Assembly: GCA_964057225.1 (NCBI GenBank)
Contig: OZ059900.1
Span: 16,492,001-16,556,000 of the forward strand
Reading direction: 5' to 3'
Origin: Auanema rhodensis
Lineage: Eukaryota > Animalia > Nematoda
DNA: 64,000 bases
Of this stretch, positions 38,201 to 52,000 are shown in pieces. The notes beneath the pieces were generated by a model. The model did not search any database. It saw only the letters and a list, made by a program, of their open reading frames with translations, and was not told the origin of the DNA. Numbering within the stretch: position 1 is the stretch's first letter; each line of letters begins with the position of its first letter. The translations under genes and the position numbers were made by a program.

Positions 38201-41200
38201 AACTAGACGTTGTACGAACAATTTTGAGCTAGGTTTCATTGACATTGCATGAGTTTGAACACATGAAATCGTAAGTCAAAACCTTGTTTACAGCGAAATT
38301 TCCAAAAACTGGTTTTCCAGCATAATAAAATATTTCTCATGGGAAATACTGTGTTTTCGTATTTTTCTAGTGTTCAGCATGTAAAATGGTTCATTTTAGT
38401 ATGTAACACGCTGAAATTCGTTGCATTTGACGACTCATATGAACAAAAATCGATTTAATCAATATTAGCCATAAGGGGCGTGCCCTCAGAATATGCTAAT
38501 TTCCTTAATTTTCTAACCCCTGTTTTTTTGTCGTGAAAGTGGAACTAGACGTTGTATGAACATTTTTGAGCTAGGTTTCATTGACATTGCATGAGTTTGA
38601 ACACATGAAATCGTAAGTCAAAACCTTGTTTACAGCGAAATTTCCAAAAACTGGTTTTCCAGCATAATAAAATATTTCTCATGGGAAATACTGTGTTTTC
38701 GTATTTTTCTAGTGTTCAGCATGTAAAATGGTTCATTTTAGTATGTAACACGCTGAAATTCGTTGCATTTGACGACTCATATGAACAAAAATCGATTTAA
38801 TCAATATTAGCCATAAGGGGCGTGCCCTCAGAATATGCTAATTTCCTTAATTTTCTAACCCCTGTTTTTTTGTCGTGAAAGTGGAACTAGACGTTGTATG
38901 AACATTTTTGAGCTAGGTTTCATTGACATTGCATGAGTTTGAACACATGAAATCGTAAGTCAAAACCTTGTTTACAGCGAAATTTCCAAAAACTGGTTTT
39001 CCAGCATAATAAAATATTTCTCATGGGAAATACTGTGTTTTTGTATTTTTCTAGTGTTCAGCATGTAAAATGCTTCATTTTAGTATGTAACACGCTGAAA
39101 TTCGTTGCATTTGACGAATCATATGAACAAAAATCGATTTAATCAATATTAGCCATAAGGGGCGTGCCCTCAGAATATGCTAATTTCCTTAATTTTCTAA
39201 CCCCTGTGTTTTTGTCGTGAAAGTGGAACTAGACGTTGTACGAACAATTTTGAGCTAGGTTTCATTGACATTGCATGAGTTTGAACACATGAAATCGTAA
39301 GTCAAAACCTTGTTTACAGCGAAATTTCCAAAAACTGGTTTTCCAGCATAATAAAATATTTCTCATGGGAAATACTGTGTTTTCGTATTTTTCTAGTGTT
39401 CAGCATGTAAAATGGTTCATTTTAGTATGTAACACGCTGAAATTCGTTGCATTTGACGACTCATATGAACAAAAATCGATTTAATCAATATTAGCCATAA
39501 GGGGCGTGCCCTCAGAATATGCTAATTTCCTTAATTTTCTAACCCCTGTTTTTTTGTCGTGAAAGTGGAACTAGACGTTGTACGAACAATTTTGAGCTAG
39601 GTTTCATTGACATTGCATGAGTTTGAACACATGAAATCGTAAGTCAAAACCTTGTTTACAGCGAAATTTCCAAAAACTGGTTTTCCAGCATAATAAAATA
39701 TTTCTCATGGGAAATACTGTGTTTTTGTATTTTTCTAGTGTTCAGCATGTAAAATGCTTCATTTTAGTATGTAACACGCTGAAATTCGTTGCATTTAACG
39801 ACTCATATGAACAAAAATCGATTTAATCAATATTAGCCATAAGGGGCGTGCCCTCAGAATATGCTAATTTCCTTAATTTTCTAACCCCTGTTTTTTTGTC
39901 GTGAAAGTGGAATTAGACGTTGTATGAACATTTTTGAGCTAGGTTTCATTGACATTGCATGAGTTTGAACACATGAAATCGTAAGTCAAAACCTTGTTTA
40001 CAGCGAAATTTCCAAAAACTGGTTTTCCAGCATAATAAAATATTTCTCATGGGAAATACTGTGTTTTTGTATTTTTCTAGTGTTCAGCATGTAAAATGCT
40101 TCATTTTAGTATGTAACACGCTGAAATTCGTTGCATTTGACGACTCATATGAACAAAAATCGATTTAATCAATATTAGCTATAAGGGGCGTGCCCTCAGA
40201 ATATGCTAATTTCCTTAATTTTCTAACCCCTGTTTTTTTGTCGTGAAAGTGGAACTAGACGTTGTACGAACAATTTTGAGCTAAGTTTCATTGACATTGC
40301 ATGAGTTTGAACACATGAAATCGTAAGTCAAAACCTTGTTTACAGCGAAATTTCCAAAAACTGGTTTTCCAGCATAATAAAATATTTCTCATGGGAAATA
40401 CTGTGTTTTTGTTTTTTTCTAGTGTTCAGCATGTAAAATGCTTCATTTTAGTATGTAACACGCTGAAATTCGTTGCATTTGACGACTCATATGAACAAAA
40501 ATCGATTTAATCAATATTAGCCATAAGGGGCGTGCCCTCAGAATATGCTAATTTCCTTAATTTTCTAACCCCTGTTTTTTTGTCGTGAAAGTGGAACTAG
40601 ACGTTGTACGAACAATTTTGAGCTAGGTTTCATTGACATTGCATGAGTTTGAACACATGAAATCGTAAGTCAAAACCTTGTTTACAGCGAAATTTCCAAA
40701 AACTGGTTTTCCAGCATAATAAAATATTTCTCATGGGAAATACTGTGTTTTTGTATTCTTCTAGTGTTCAGCATGTAAAATGCTTCATTTTAGTATGTAA
40801 CACGCTGAAATTCGTTGCATTTGACGACTCATATGAACAAAAATCGATTTAATCAATATTAGCCATAAGGGGCGTGCCCTCAGAATATGCTAATTTCCTT
40901 AATTTTCTAACCCCTGTTTTTTTGTCGTGAAAGTGGAACTAGACGTTGTACGAACAATTTTGAGCTAGGTTTCATTGACATTGCATGAGTTTGAACACAT
41001 GAAATCGTAAGTCAAAACCTTGTTTACAGCGAAATTTCCAAAAACTGGTTTTCCAGCATAATAAAATATTTCTCATGGGAAATACTGTGTTTTTGTATTC
41101 TTCTAGTGTTCAGCATGTAAAATGCTTCATTTTAGTATGTAACACGCTGAAATTCGTTGCATTTGACGACTCATATGAACAAAAATCGATTTAATCAATA

Positions 41201-43088
41201 TTAGCCATAAGGGGCGTGCCCTCAGAATATGCTAATTTCCTTAATTTTCTAACCCCTGTTTTTTTGTCGTGAAAGTGGAACTAGACGTTGTACGAACAAT
41301 TTTGAGCTAGGTTTCATTGACATTGCATGAGTTTGAACACATGAAATCGTAAGTCAAAACCTTGTTTACAGCGAAATTTCCAAAAACTGGTTTTCCAGCA
41401 TAATAAAATATTTCTCATGGGAAATACTGTGTTTTTGTATTCTTCTAGTGTTCAGCATGTAAAATGCTTCATTTTAGTATGTAACACGCTGAAATTCGTT
41501 GCATTTGACGACTCATATGAACAAAAATCGATTTAATCAATATTAGCCATAAGGGGCGTGCCCTCAGAATATGCTAATTTCCTTAATTTTCTAACCCCTG
41601 TTTTTTTGTCGTGAAAGTGGAACTAGACGTTGTACGAACAATTTTGAGCTAGGTTTCATTGACATTGCATGAGTTTGAACACATGAAATCGTAAGTCAAA
41701 ACCTTGTTTACAGCGAAATTTCCAAAAACTGGTTTTCCAGCATAATAAAATATTTCTCATGGGAAATACTGTGTTTTTGTATATTTCTAGTGTTCAGCAT
41801 GTAAAATGCTTCATTTTAGTATGTAGCACGCTGAAATTCGTTGCATTTGACGACTCATATGAACAAAAATCGATTTAATCAATATTAGCCATAAGGGGCG
41901 TGCCCTCAGAATATGCTAATTTCCTTAATTTTCTAACCCCTGTTTTTTTGTCGTGAAAGTGGAACTAGACGTTGTACGAACAATTTTGAGCTAGGTTTCA
42001 TTGACATTGCATGAGTTTGAACACATGAAATCGTAAGTCAAAACCTTGTTTACAGCGAAATTTCCAAAAACTGGTTTTCCAGCATAATAAAATATTTCTC
42101 ATGGGAAATACTGTGTTTTTGTATTTTTCTAGTGTTCAGCATGTAAAATGCTTCATTTTAGTATGTAACACGCTGAAATTCGTTGCATTTGACGACTCAT
42201 ATGAACAAAAATCGATTTAATCAATATTAGCCATAAGGGGCGTGCCCTCAGAATATGCTAATTTCCTTAAATTTCTAACCCCTGTTTTTTGTCGTGAAAG
42301 TGGAACTAGACGTTGTACGAACAATTTTGAGCTAGGTTTCATTGACATTGCATGAGTTTGAACACATGAAATCGTAAGTCAAAACCTTGTTTACAGCGAA
42401 ATTTCCAAAAACTGGTTTTCCAGCATAATAAAATATTTCTCATGGGAAATACTGTGTTTTTGTATTCTTCTAGTGTTCAGCATGTAAAATGCTTCATTTT
42501 AGTATGTAACACGCTGAAATTCGTTGCATTTAACGACTCATATGAACAAAAATCGATTTAATCAATATTAGCCATAAGGGGCGTGCCCTCAGAATATGCT
42601 AATTTCCTTAATTTTCTAACCCCTGTTTTTTTGTCGTGAAAGTGGAACTAGACGTTGTATGAACATTTTTGAGCTAGGTTTCATTGACATTGCATGAGTT
42701 TGAACACATGAAATCGTAAGTCAAAACCTTGTTTACAGCGAAATTTCCAAAAACTGGTTTTCCAGCATAATAAAATATTTCTCATGGGAAATACTGTGTT
42801 TTTGTATTTTTCTAGTGTTCAGCATGTAAAATACTTCATTTTAGTATGTAACACGCTGAAATTCGTTGCATTTGACGACTCATATGAACAAAAATCGATT
42901 TAATCAATATTAGCCATAAGGGGCGTGCCCTCAGAATATGCTAATTTCCTTAATTTTCTAACCCCTGTTTTTTTGTCGTGAAAGTGGAACTAGACGTTGT
43001 ACGAACAATTTTGAGCTAGGTTTCATTGACATTGCATGAGTTTGAACACATGAAATCGTAAGTCAAAACCTTGTTTACAGCGAAATTT
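35225..43088 (+). repeat. Duplicated 9-monomer block: M104-112 (35225-38301) and M118-126 (40012-43088)
   Basis: Both read C169T+G273A; A60T; T63C x3; T62A+A104G; T208A+T6; T63C+G128A+C256T+A262T; G87A. Confidence 0.82.
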
Positions 43089-46000
43089 CCAAAAACTGGT
43101 TTTCCAGCATAATAAAATATTTCTCATGGGAAATACTGTGTTTTTGTATTCTTCTAGTGTTCAGCATGTAAAATGCTTCATTTTAGTATGTAACACGCTG
43201 AAATTCGTTGCATTTGACGACTCATATGAACAAAAATCGATTTAATCAATATTAGCCATAAGGGGCGTGCCCTCAGAATATGCTAATTTCCTTAATTTTC
43301 TAACCCCTGTTTTTTTGTCGTGAAAGTGGAACTAGACGTTGTACGAACAATTTTGAGCTAGGTTTCATTGACATTGCATGAGTTTGAACACATGAAATCG
43401 TAAGTCAAAACCTTGTTTACAGCGAAATTTCCAAAAACTGGTTTTCCAGCATAATAAAATATTTCTCATGGGAAATACTGTGTTTTTGTATTCTTCTAGT
43501 GTTCAGCATGTAAAATGCTTCATTTTAGTATGTAACACGCTGAAATTCGTTGCATTTGACGACTCATATGAACAAAAATCGATTTAATCAATATTAGCCA
43601 TAAGGGGCGTGCCCTCAGAATATGCTAATTTCCTTAATTTTCTAACCCCTGTTTTTTTGTCGTGAAAGTGGAACTAGACGTTGTACGAACAATTTTGAGC
43701 TAGGTTTCATTGACATTGCATGAGTTTGAACACATGAAATCGTAAGTCAAAACCTTGTTTACAGCGAAATTTCCAAAAACTGGTTTTCCAGCATAATAAA
43801 ATATTTCTCATGGGAAATACTGTGTTTTTGTATTCTTCTAGTGTTCAGCATGTAAAATGCTTCATTTTAGTATGTAACACGCTGAAATTCGTTGCATTTG
43901 ACGACTCATATGAACAAAAATCGATTTAATCAATATTAGCCATAAGGGGCGTGCCCTCAGAATATGCTAATTTCCTTAATTTTCTAACCCCTGTTTTTTT
44001 GTCGTGAAAGTGGAACTAGACGTTGTACGAACAATTTTGAGCTAGGTTTCATTGACATTGCATGAGTTTGAACACATGAAATCGTAAGTCAAAACCTTGT
44101 TTACAGCGAAATTTCCAAAAACTGGTTTTCCAGCATAATAAAATATTTCTCATGGGAAATACTGTGTTTTTGTATTCTTCTAGTGTTCAGCATGTAAAAT
44201 GCTTCATTTTAGTATGTAACACGCTGAAATTCGTTGCATTTGACGACTCATATGAACAAAAATCGATTTAATCAATATTAGCCATAAGGGGCGTGCCCTC
44301 AGAATATGCTAATTTCCTTAATTTTCTAACCCCTGTTTTTTTGTCGTGAAAGTGGAACTAGACGTTGTACGAACAATTTTGAGCTAGGTTTCATTGACAT
44401 TGCATGAGTTTGAACACATGAAATCGTAAGTCAAAACCTTGTTTACAGCGAAATTTCCAAAAACTGGTTTTCCAGCATAATAAAATATTTCTCATGGGAA
44501 ATACTGTGTTTTTGTATATTTCTAGTGTTCAGCATGTAAAATGCTTCATTTTAGTATGTAGCACGCTGAAATTCGTTGCATTTGACGACTCATATGAACA
44601 AAAATCGATTTAATCAATATTAGCCATAAGGGGCGTGCCCTCAGAATATGCTAATTTCCTTAATTTTCTAACCCCTGTTTTTTTGTCGTGAAAGTGGAAC
44701 TAGACGTTGTACGAACAATTTTGAGCTAGGTTTCATTGACATTGCATGAGTTTGAACACATGAAATCGTAAGTCAAAACCTTGTTTACAGCGAAATTTCC
44801 AAAAACTGGTTTTCCAGCATAATAAAATATTTCTCATGGGAAATACTGTGTTTTTGTATTTTTCTAGTGTTCAGCATGTAAAATGCTTCATTTTAGTATG
44901 TAACACGCTGAAATTCGTTGCATTTGACGACTCATATGAACAAAAATCGATTTAATCAATATTAGCCATAAGGGGCGTGCCCTCAGAATATGCTAATTTC
45001 CTTAAATTTCTAACCCCTGTTTTTTGTCGTGAAAGTGGAACTAGACGTTGTACGAACAATTTTGAGCTAGGTTTCATTGACATTGCATGAGTTTGAACAC
45101 ATGAAATCGTAAGTCAAAACCTTGTTTACAGCGAAATTTCCAAAAACTGGTTTTCCAGCATAATAAAATATTTCTCATGGGAAATACTGTGTTTTTGTAT
45201 TCTTCTAGTGTTCAGCATGTAAAATGCTTCATTTTAGTATGTAACACGCTGAAATTCGTTGCATTTAACGACTCATATGAACAAAAATCGATTTAATCAA
45301 TATTAGCCATAAGGGGCGTGCCCTCAGAATATGCTAATTTCCTTAATTTTCTAACCCCTGTTTTTTTGTCGTGAAAGTGGAACTAGACGTTGTATGAACA
45401 TTTTTGAGCTAGGTTTCATTGACATTGCATGAGTTTGAACACATGAAATCGTAAGTCAAAACCTTGTTTACAGCGAAATTTCCAAAAACTGGTTTTCCAG
45501 CATAATAAAATATTTCTCATGGGAAATACTGTGTTTTTGTATTTTTCTAGTGTTCAGCATGTAAAATACTTCATTTTAGTATGTAACACGCTGAAATTCG
45601 TTGCATTTGACGACTCATATGAACAAAAATCGATTTAATCAATATTAGCCATAAGGGGCGTGCCCTCAGAATATGCTAATTTCCTTAATTTTCTAACCCC
45701 TGTTTTTTTGTCGTGAAAGTGGAACTAGACGTTGTACGAACAATTTTGAGCTAGGTTTCATTGACATTGCATGAGTTTGAACACATGAAATCGTAAGTCA
45801 AAACCTTGTTTACAGCGAAATTTCCAAAAACTGGTTTTCCAGCATAATAAAATATTTCTCATGGGAAATACTGTGTTTTTGTATTCTTCTAGTGTTCAGC
45901 ATGTAAAATGCTTCATTTTAGTATGTAACACGCTGAAATTCGTTGCATTTGACGACTCATATGAACAAAAATCGATTTAATCAATATTAGCCATAAGGGG

Positions 46001-49000
46001 CGTGCCCTCAGAATATGCTAATTTCCTTAATTTTCTAACCCCTGTTTTTTTGTCGTGAAAGTGGAACTAGACGTTGTACGAACAATTTTGAGCTAGGTTT
46101 CATTGACATTGCATGAGTTTGAACACATGAAATCGTAAGTCAAAACCTTGTTTACAGCGAAATTTCCAAAAACTGGTTTTCCAGCATAATAAAATATTTC
46201 TCATGGGAAATACTGTGTTTTTGTATTCTTCTAGTGTTCAGCATGTAAAATGCTTCATTTTAGTATGTAACACGCTGAAATTCGTTGCATTTGACGACTC
46301 ATATGAACAAAAATCGATTTAATCAATATTAGCCATAAGGGGCGTGCCCTCAGAATATGCTAATTTCCTTAATTTTCTAACCCCTGTTTTTTTGTCGTGA
46401 AAGTGGAACTAGACGTTGTACGAACAATTTTGAGCTAGGTTTCATTGACATTGCATGAGTTTGAACACATGAAATCGTAAGTCAAAACCTTGTTTACAGC
46501 GAAATTTCCAAAAACTGGTTTTCCAGCATAATAAAATATTTCTCATGGGAAATACTGTGTTTTTGTATTCTTCTAGTGTTCAGCATGTAAAATGCTTCAT
46601 TTTAGTATGTAACACGCTGAAATTCGTTGCATTTGACGACTCATATGAACAAAAATCGATTTAATCAATATTAGCCATAAGGGGCGTGCCCTCAGAATAT
46701 GCTAATTTCCTTAATTTTCTAACCCCTGTTTTTTTGTCGTGAAAGTGGAACTAGACGTTGTACGAACAATTTTGAGCTAGGTTTCATTGACATTGCATGA
46801 GTTTGAACACATGAAATCGTAAGTCAAAACCTTGTTTACAGCGAAATTTCCAAAAACTGGTTTTCCAGCATAATAAAATATTTCTCATGGGAAATACTGT
46901 GTTTTTGTATATTTCTAGTGTTCAGCATGTAAAATGCTTCATTTTAGTATGTAGCACGCTGAAATTCGTTGCATTTGACGACTCATATGAACAAAAATCG
47001 ATTTAATCAATATTAGCCATAAGGGGCGTGCCCTCAGAATATGCTAATTTCCTTAATTTTCTAACCCCTGTTTTTTTGTCGTGAAAGTGGAACTAGACGT
47101 TGTACGAAGAATTTTGAGCTAGGTTTCATTGACATTGCATGAGTTTGAACACATGAAATCGTAAGTCAAAACCTTGTTTACAGCGAAATTTCCAAAAACT
47201 GGTTTTCCAGCATAATAAAATATTTCTCATGGGAAATACTGTGTTTTTGTATTCTTCTAGTGTTCAGCATGTAAAATGCTTCATTTTAGTATGTAACACG
47301 CTGAAATTCGTTGCATTTGACGACTCATATGAACAAAAATCGATTTAATCAATATTAGCCATAAGGGGCGTGCCCTCAGAATATGCTAATTTCCTTAAAT
47401 TTCTAACCCCTGTTTTTTGTCGTGAAAGTGGAACTAGACGTTGTACGAATAATTTTGAGCTAGGTTTCATTGACATTGCATGAGTTTGAACACATGAAAT
47501 CGTAAGTCAAAACCTTGTTTACAGCGAAATTTCCAAAAACTGGTTTTCCAGCATAATAAAATATTTCTCATGGGAAATACTGTGTTTTTGTATTCTTCTA
47601 GTGTTCAGCATGTAAAATGCTTCATTTTAGTATGTAACACGCTGAAATTCGTTGCATTTAACGACTCATATGAACAAAAATCGATTTAATCAATATTAGC
47701 CATAAGGGGCGTGCCCTCAGAATATGCTAATTTCCTTAATTTTCTAACCCCTGTTTTTTTGTCGTGAAAGTGGAACTAGACGTTGTATGAACATTTTTGA
47801 GCTAGGTTTCATTGACATTGCATGAGTTTGAACACATGAAATCGTAAGTCAAAACCTTGTTTACAGCGAAATTTCCAAAAACTGGTTTTCCAGCATAATA
47901 AAATATTTCTCATGGGAAATACTGTGTTTTTGTATTTTTCTAGTGTTCAGCATGTAAAATACTTCATTTTAGTATGTAACACGCTGAAATTCGTTGCATT
48001 TGACGACTCATATGAACAAAAATCGATTTAATCAATATTAGCCATAAGGGGCGTGCCCTCAGAATATGCTAATTTCCTTAATTTTCTAACCCTTGTTTTT
48101 TTGTCGTGAAAGTGGAACTAGACGTTGTACGAACAATTTTGAGCTAGGTTTCATTGACATTGCATGAGTTTGAACACATGAAATCGTAAGTCAAAACCTT
48201 GTTTACAGCGAAATTTCCAAAAACTGGTTTTCCAGCATAATAAAATATTTCTCATGGGAAATACTGTGTTTTTGTATTTTTCTAGTGTTCAGCATGTAAA
48301 ATGCTTCATTTTAGTATGTAACACGCTGAAATTCGTTGCATTTGACGAATCATATGAACAAAAATCGATTTAATCAATATTAGCCATAAGGGGCGTGCCC
48401 TCAGAATATGCTAATTTCCTTAATTTTCTAACCCCTGTTTTTTGTCGTGAAAGTGGAACTAGACGTTGTACGAATAATTTTGAGCTAGGTTTCATTGACA
48501 TTGCATGAGTTTGAACACATGAAATCGTAAGTCAAAACCTTGTTTACAGCGAAATTTCCAAAAACTGGTTTTCCAGCATAATAAAATATTTCTCATGGGA
48601 AATACTGTGTTTTTGTATTCTTCTAGTGTTCAGCATGTAAAATGCTTCATTTTAGTATGTAACACGCTGAAATTCGTTGCATTTAACGACTCATATGAAC
48701 AAAAATCGATTTAATCAATATTAGCCATAAGGGGCGTGCCCTCAGAATATGCTAATTTCCTTAATTTTCTAACCCCTGTTTTTTTGTCGTGAAAGTGGAA
48801 CTAGACGTTGTATGAACATTTTTGAGCTAGGTTTCATTGACATTGCATGAGTTTGAACACATGAAATCGTAAGTCAAAACCTTGTTTACAGCGAAATTTC
48901 CAAAAACTGGTTTTCCAGCATAATAAAATATTTCTCATGGGAAATACTGTGTTTTTGTATTTTTCTAGTGTTCAGCATGTAAAATACTTCATTTTAGTAT

Positions 49001-52000
49001 GTAACACGCTGAAATTCGTTGCATTTGACGACTCATATGAACAAAAATCGATTTAATCAATATTAGCCATAAGGGGCGTGCCCTCAGAATATGCTAATTT
49101 CCTTAATTTTCTAACCCTTGTTTTTTTGTCGTGAAAGTGGAACTAGACGTTGTACGAACAATTTTGAGCTAGGTTTCATTGACATTGCATGAGTTTGAAC
49201 ACATGAAATCGTAAGTCAAAACCTTGTTTACAGCGAAATTTCCAAAAACTGGTTTTCCAGCATAATAAAATATTTCTCATGGGAAATACTGTGTTTTTGT
49301 ATTTTTCTAGTGTTCAGCATGTAAAATGCTTCATTTTAGTATGTAACACGCTGAAATTCGTTGCATTTGACGAATCATATGAACAAAAATCGATTTAATC
49401 AATATTAGCCATAAGGGGCGTGCCCTCAGAATATGCTAATTTCCTTAATTTTCTAACCCCTGTTTTTTTGTCGTGAAAGTGGAACTAGACGTTGTACGAA
49501 CAATTTTGAGCTAGGTTTCATTGACATTGCATGAGTTTGAACACATGAAATCGTAAGTCAAAACCTTGTTTACAGCGAAATTTCCAAAAACTGGTTTTCC
49601 AGCATAATAAAATATTTCTCATGGGAAATACTGTGTTTTCGTATTTTTCTAGTGTTCAGCATGTAAAATGGTTCATTTTAGTATGTAACACGCTGAAATT
49701 CGTTGCATTTGACGACTCATATGAACAAAAATCGATTTAATCAATATTAGCCATAAGGGGCGTGCCCTCAGAATATGCTAATTTCCTTAATTTTCTAACC
49801 CCTGTTTTTTTGTCGTGAAAGTGGAACTAGACGTTGTACGAACAATTTTGAGCTAGGTTTCATTGACATTGCATGAGTTTGAACACATGAAATCGTAAGT
49901 CAAAACCTTGTTTACAGCGAAATTTCCAAAAACTGGTTTTCCAGCATAATAAAATATTTCTCATGGGAAATACTGTGTTTTTGTATTTTTCTAGTGTTCA
50001 GCATGTAAAATGCTTCATTTTAGTATGTAACACGCTGAAATTCGTTGCATTTAACGACTCATATGAACAAAAATCGATTTAATCAATATTAGCCATAAGG
50101 GGCGTGCCCTCAGAATATGCTAATTTCCTTAATTTTCTAACCCCTGTTTTTTTGTCGTGAAAGTGGAATTAGACGTTGTATGAACATTTTTGAGCTAGGT
50201 TTCATTGACATTGCATGAGTTTGAACACATGAAATCGTAAGTCAAAACCTTGTTTACAGCGAAATTTCCAAAAACTGGTTTTCCAGCATAATAAAATATT
50301 TCTCATGGGAAATACTGTGTTTTTGTATTTTTCTAGTGTTCAGCATGTAAAATGCTTCATTTTAGTATGTAACACGCTGAAATTCGTTGCATTTAACGAC
50401 TCATATGAACAAAAATCGATTTAATCAATATTAGCCATAAGGGGCGTGCCCTCAGAATATGCTAATTTCCTTAATTTTCTAACCCCTGTTTTTTTGTCGT
50501 GAAAGTGGAACTAGACGTTGTATGAACATTTTTGAGCTAGGTTTCATTGACATTGCATGAGTTTGAACACATGAAATCGTAAGTCAAAACCTTGTTTACA
50601 GCGAAATTTCCAAAAACTGGTTTTCCAGCATAATAAAATATTTCTCATGGGAAATACTGTGTTTTTGTATTTTTCTAGTGTTCAGCATGTAAAATACTTC
50701 ATTTTAGTATGTAACACGCTGAAATTCGTTGCATTTGACGACTCATATGAACAAAAATCGATTTAATCAATATTAGCCATAAGGGGCGTGCCCTCAGAAT
50801 ATGCTAATTTCCTTAATTTTCTAACCCTTGTTTTTTTGTCGTGAAAGTGGAACTAGACGTTGTACGAACAATTTTGAGCTAGGTTTCATTGACATTGCAT
50901 GAGTTTGAACACATGAAATCGTAAGTCAAAACCTTGTTTACAGCGAAATTTCCAAAAACTGGTTTTCCAGCATAATAAAATATTTCTCATGGGAAATACT
51001 GTGTTTTTGTATTTTTCTAGTGTTCAGCATGTAAAATGCTTCATTTTAGTATGTAACACGCTGAAATTCGTTGCATTTGACGAATCATATGAACAAAAAT
51101 CGATTTAATCAATATTAGCCATAAGGGGCGTGCCCTCAGAATATGCTAATTTCCTTAATTTTCTAACCCCTGTTTTTTTGTCGTGAAAGTGGAACTAGAC
51201 GTTGTACGAACAATTTTGAGCTAGGTTTCATTGACATTGCATGAGTTTGAACACATGAAATCGTAAGTCAAAACCTTGTTTACAGCGAAATTTCCAAAAA
51301 CTGGTTTTCCAGCATAATAAAATATTTCTCATGGGAAATACTGTGTTTTTGTATTTTTCTAGTGTTCAGCATGTAAAATGGTTCATTTTAGTATGTAACA
51401 CGCTGAAATTCGTTGCATTTGACGACTCATATGAACAAAAATCGATTTAATCAATATTAGCCATAAGGGGCGTGCCCTCAGAATATGCTAATTTCCTTAA
51501 TTTTCTAACCCCTGTTTTTTTGTCGTGAAAGTGGAACTAGACGTTGTACGAACAATTTTGAGCTAGGTTTCATTGACATTGCATGAGTTTGAACACATGA
51601 AATCGTAAGTCAAAACCTTGTTTACAGCGAAATTTCCAAAAACTGGTTTTCCAGCATAATAAAATATTTCTCATGGGAAATACTGTGTTTTTGTATTTTT
51701 CTAGTGTTCAGCATGTAAAATGCTTCATTTTAGTATGTAACACGCTGAAATTCGTTGCATTTGACGACTCATATGAACAAAAATCGATTTAATCAATATT
51801 AGCCATAAGGGGCGTGCCCTCAGAATATGCTAATTTCCTTAATTTTCTGACCCCTGTTTTTTTGTCGTGAAAGTGGAACTAGACGTTGTACGAACAATTT
51901 TGAGCTAGGTTTCATTGACATTGCATGAGTTTGAACACATGAAATCGTAAGTCAAAACCTTGTTTACAGCGAAATTTCCAAAAACTGGTTTTCCAGCATA

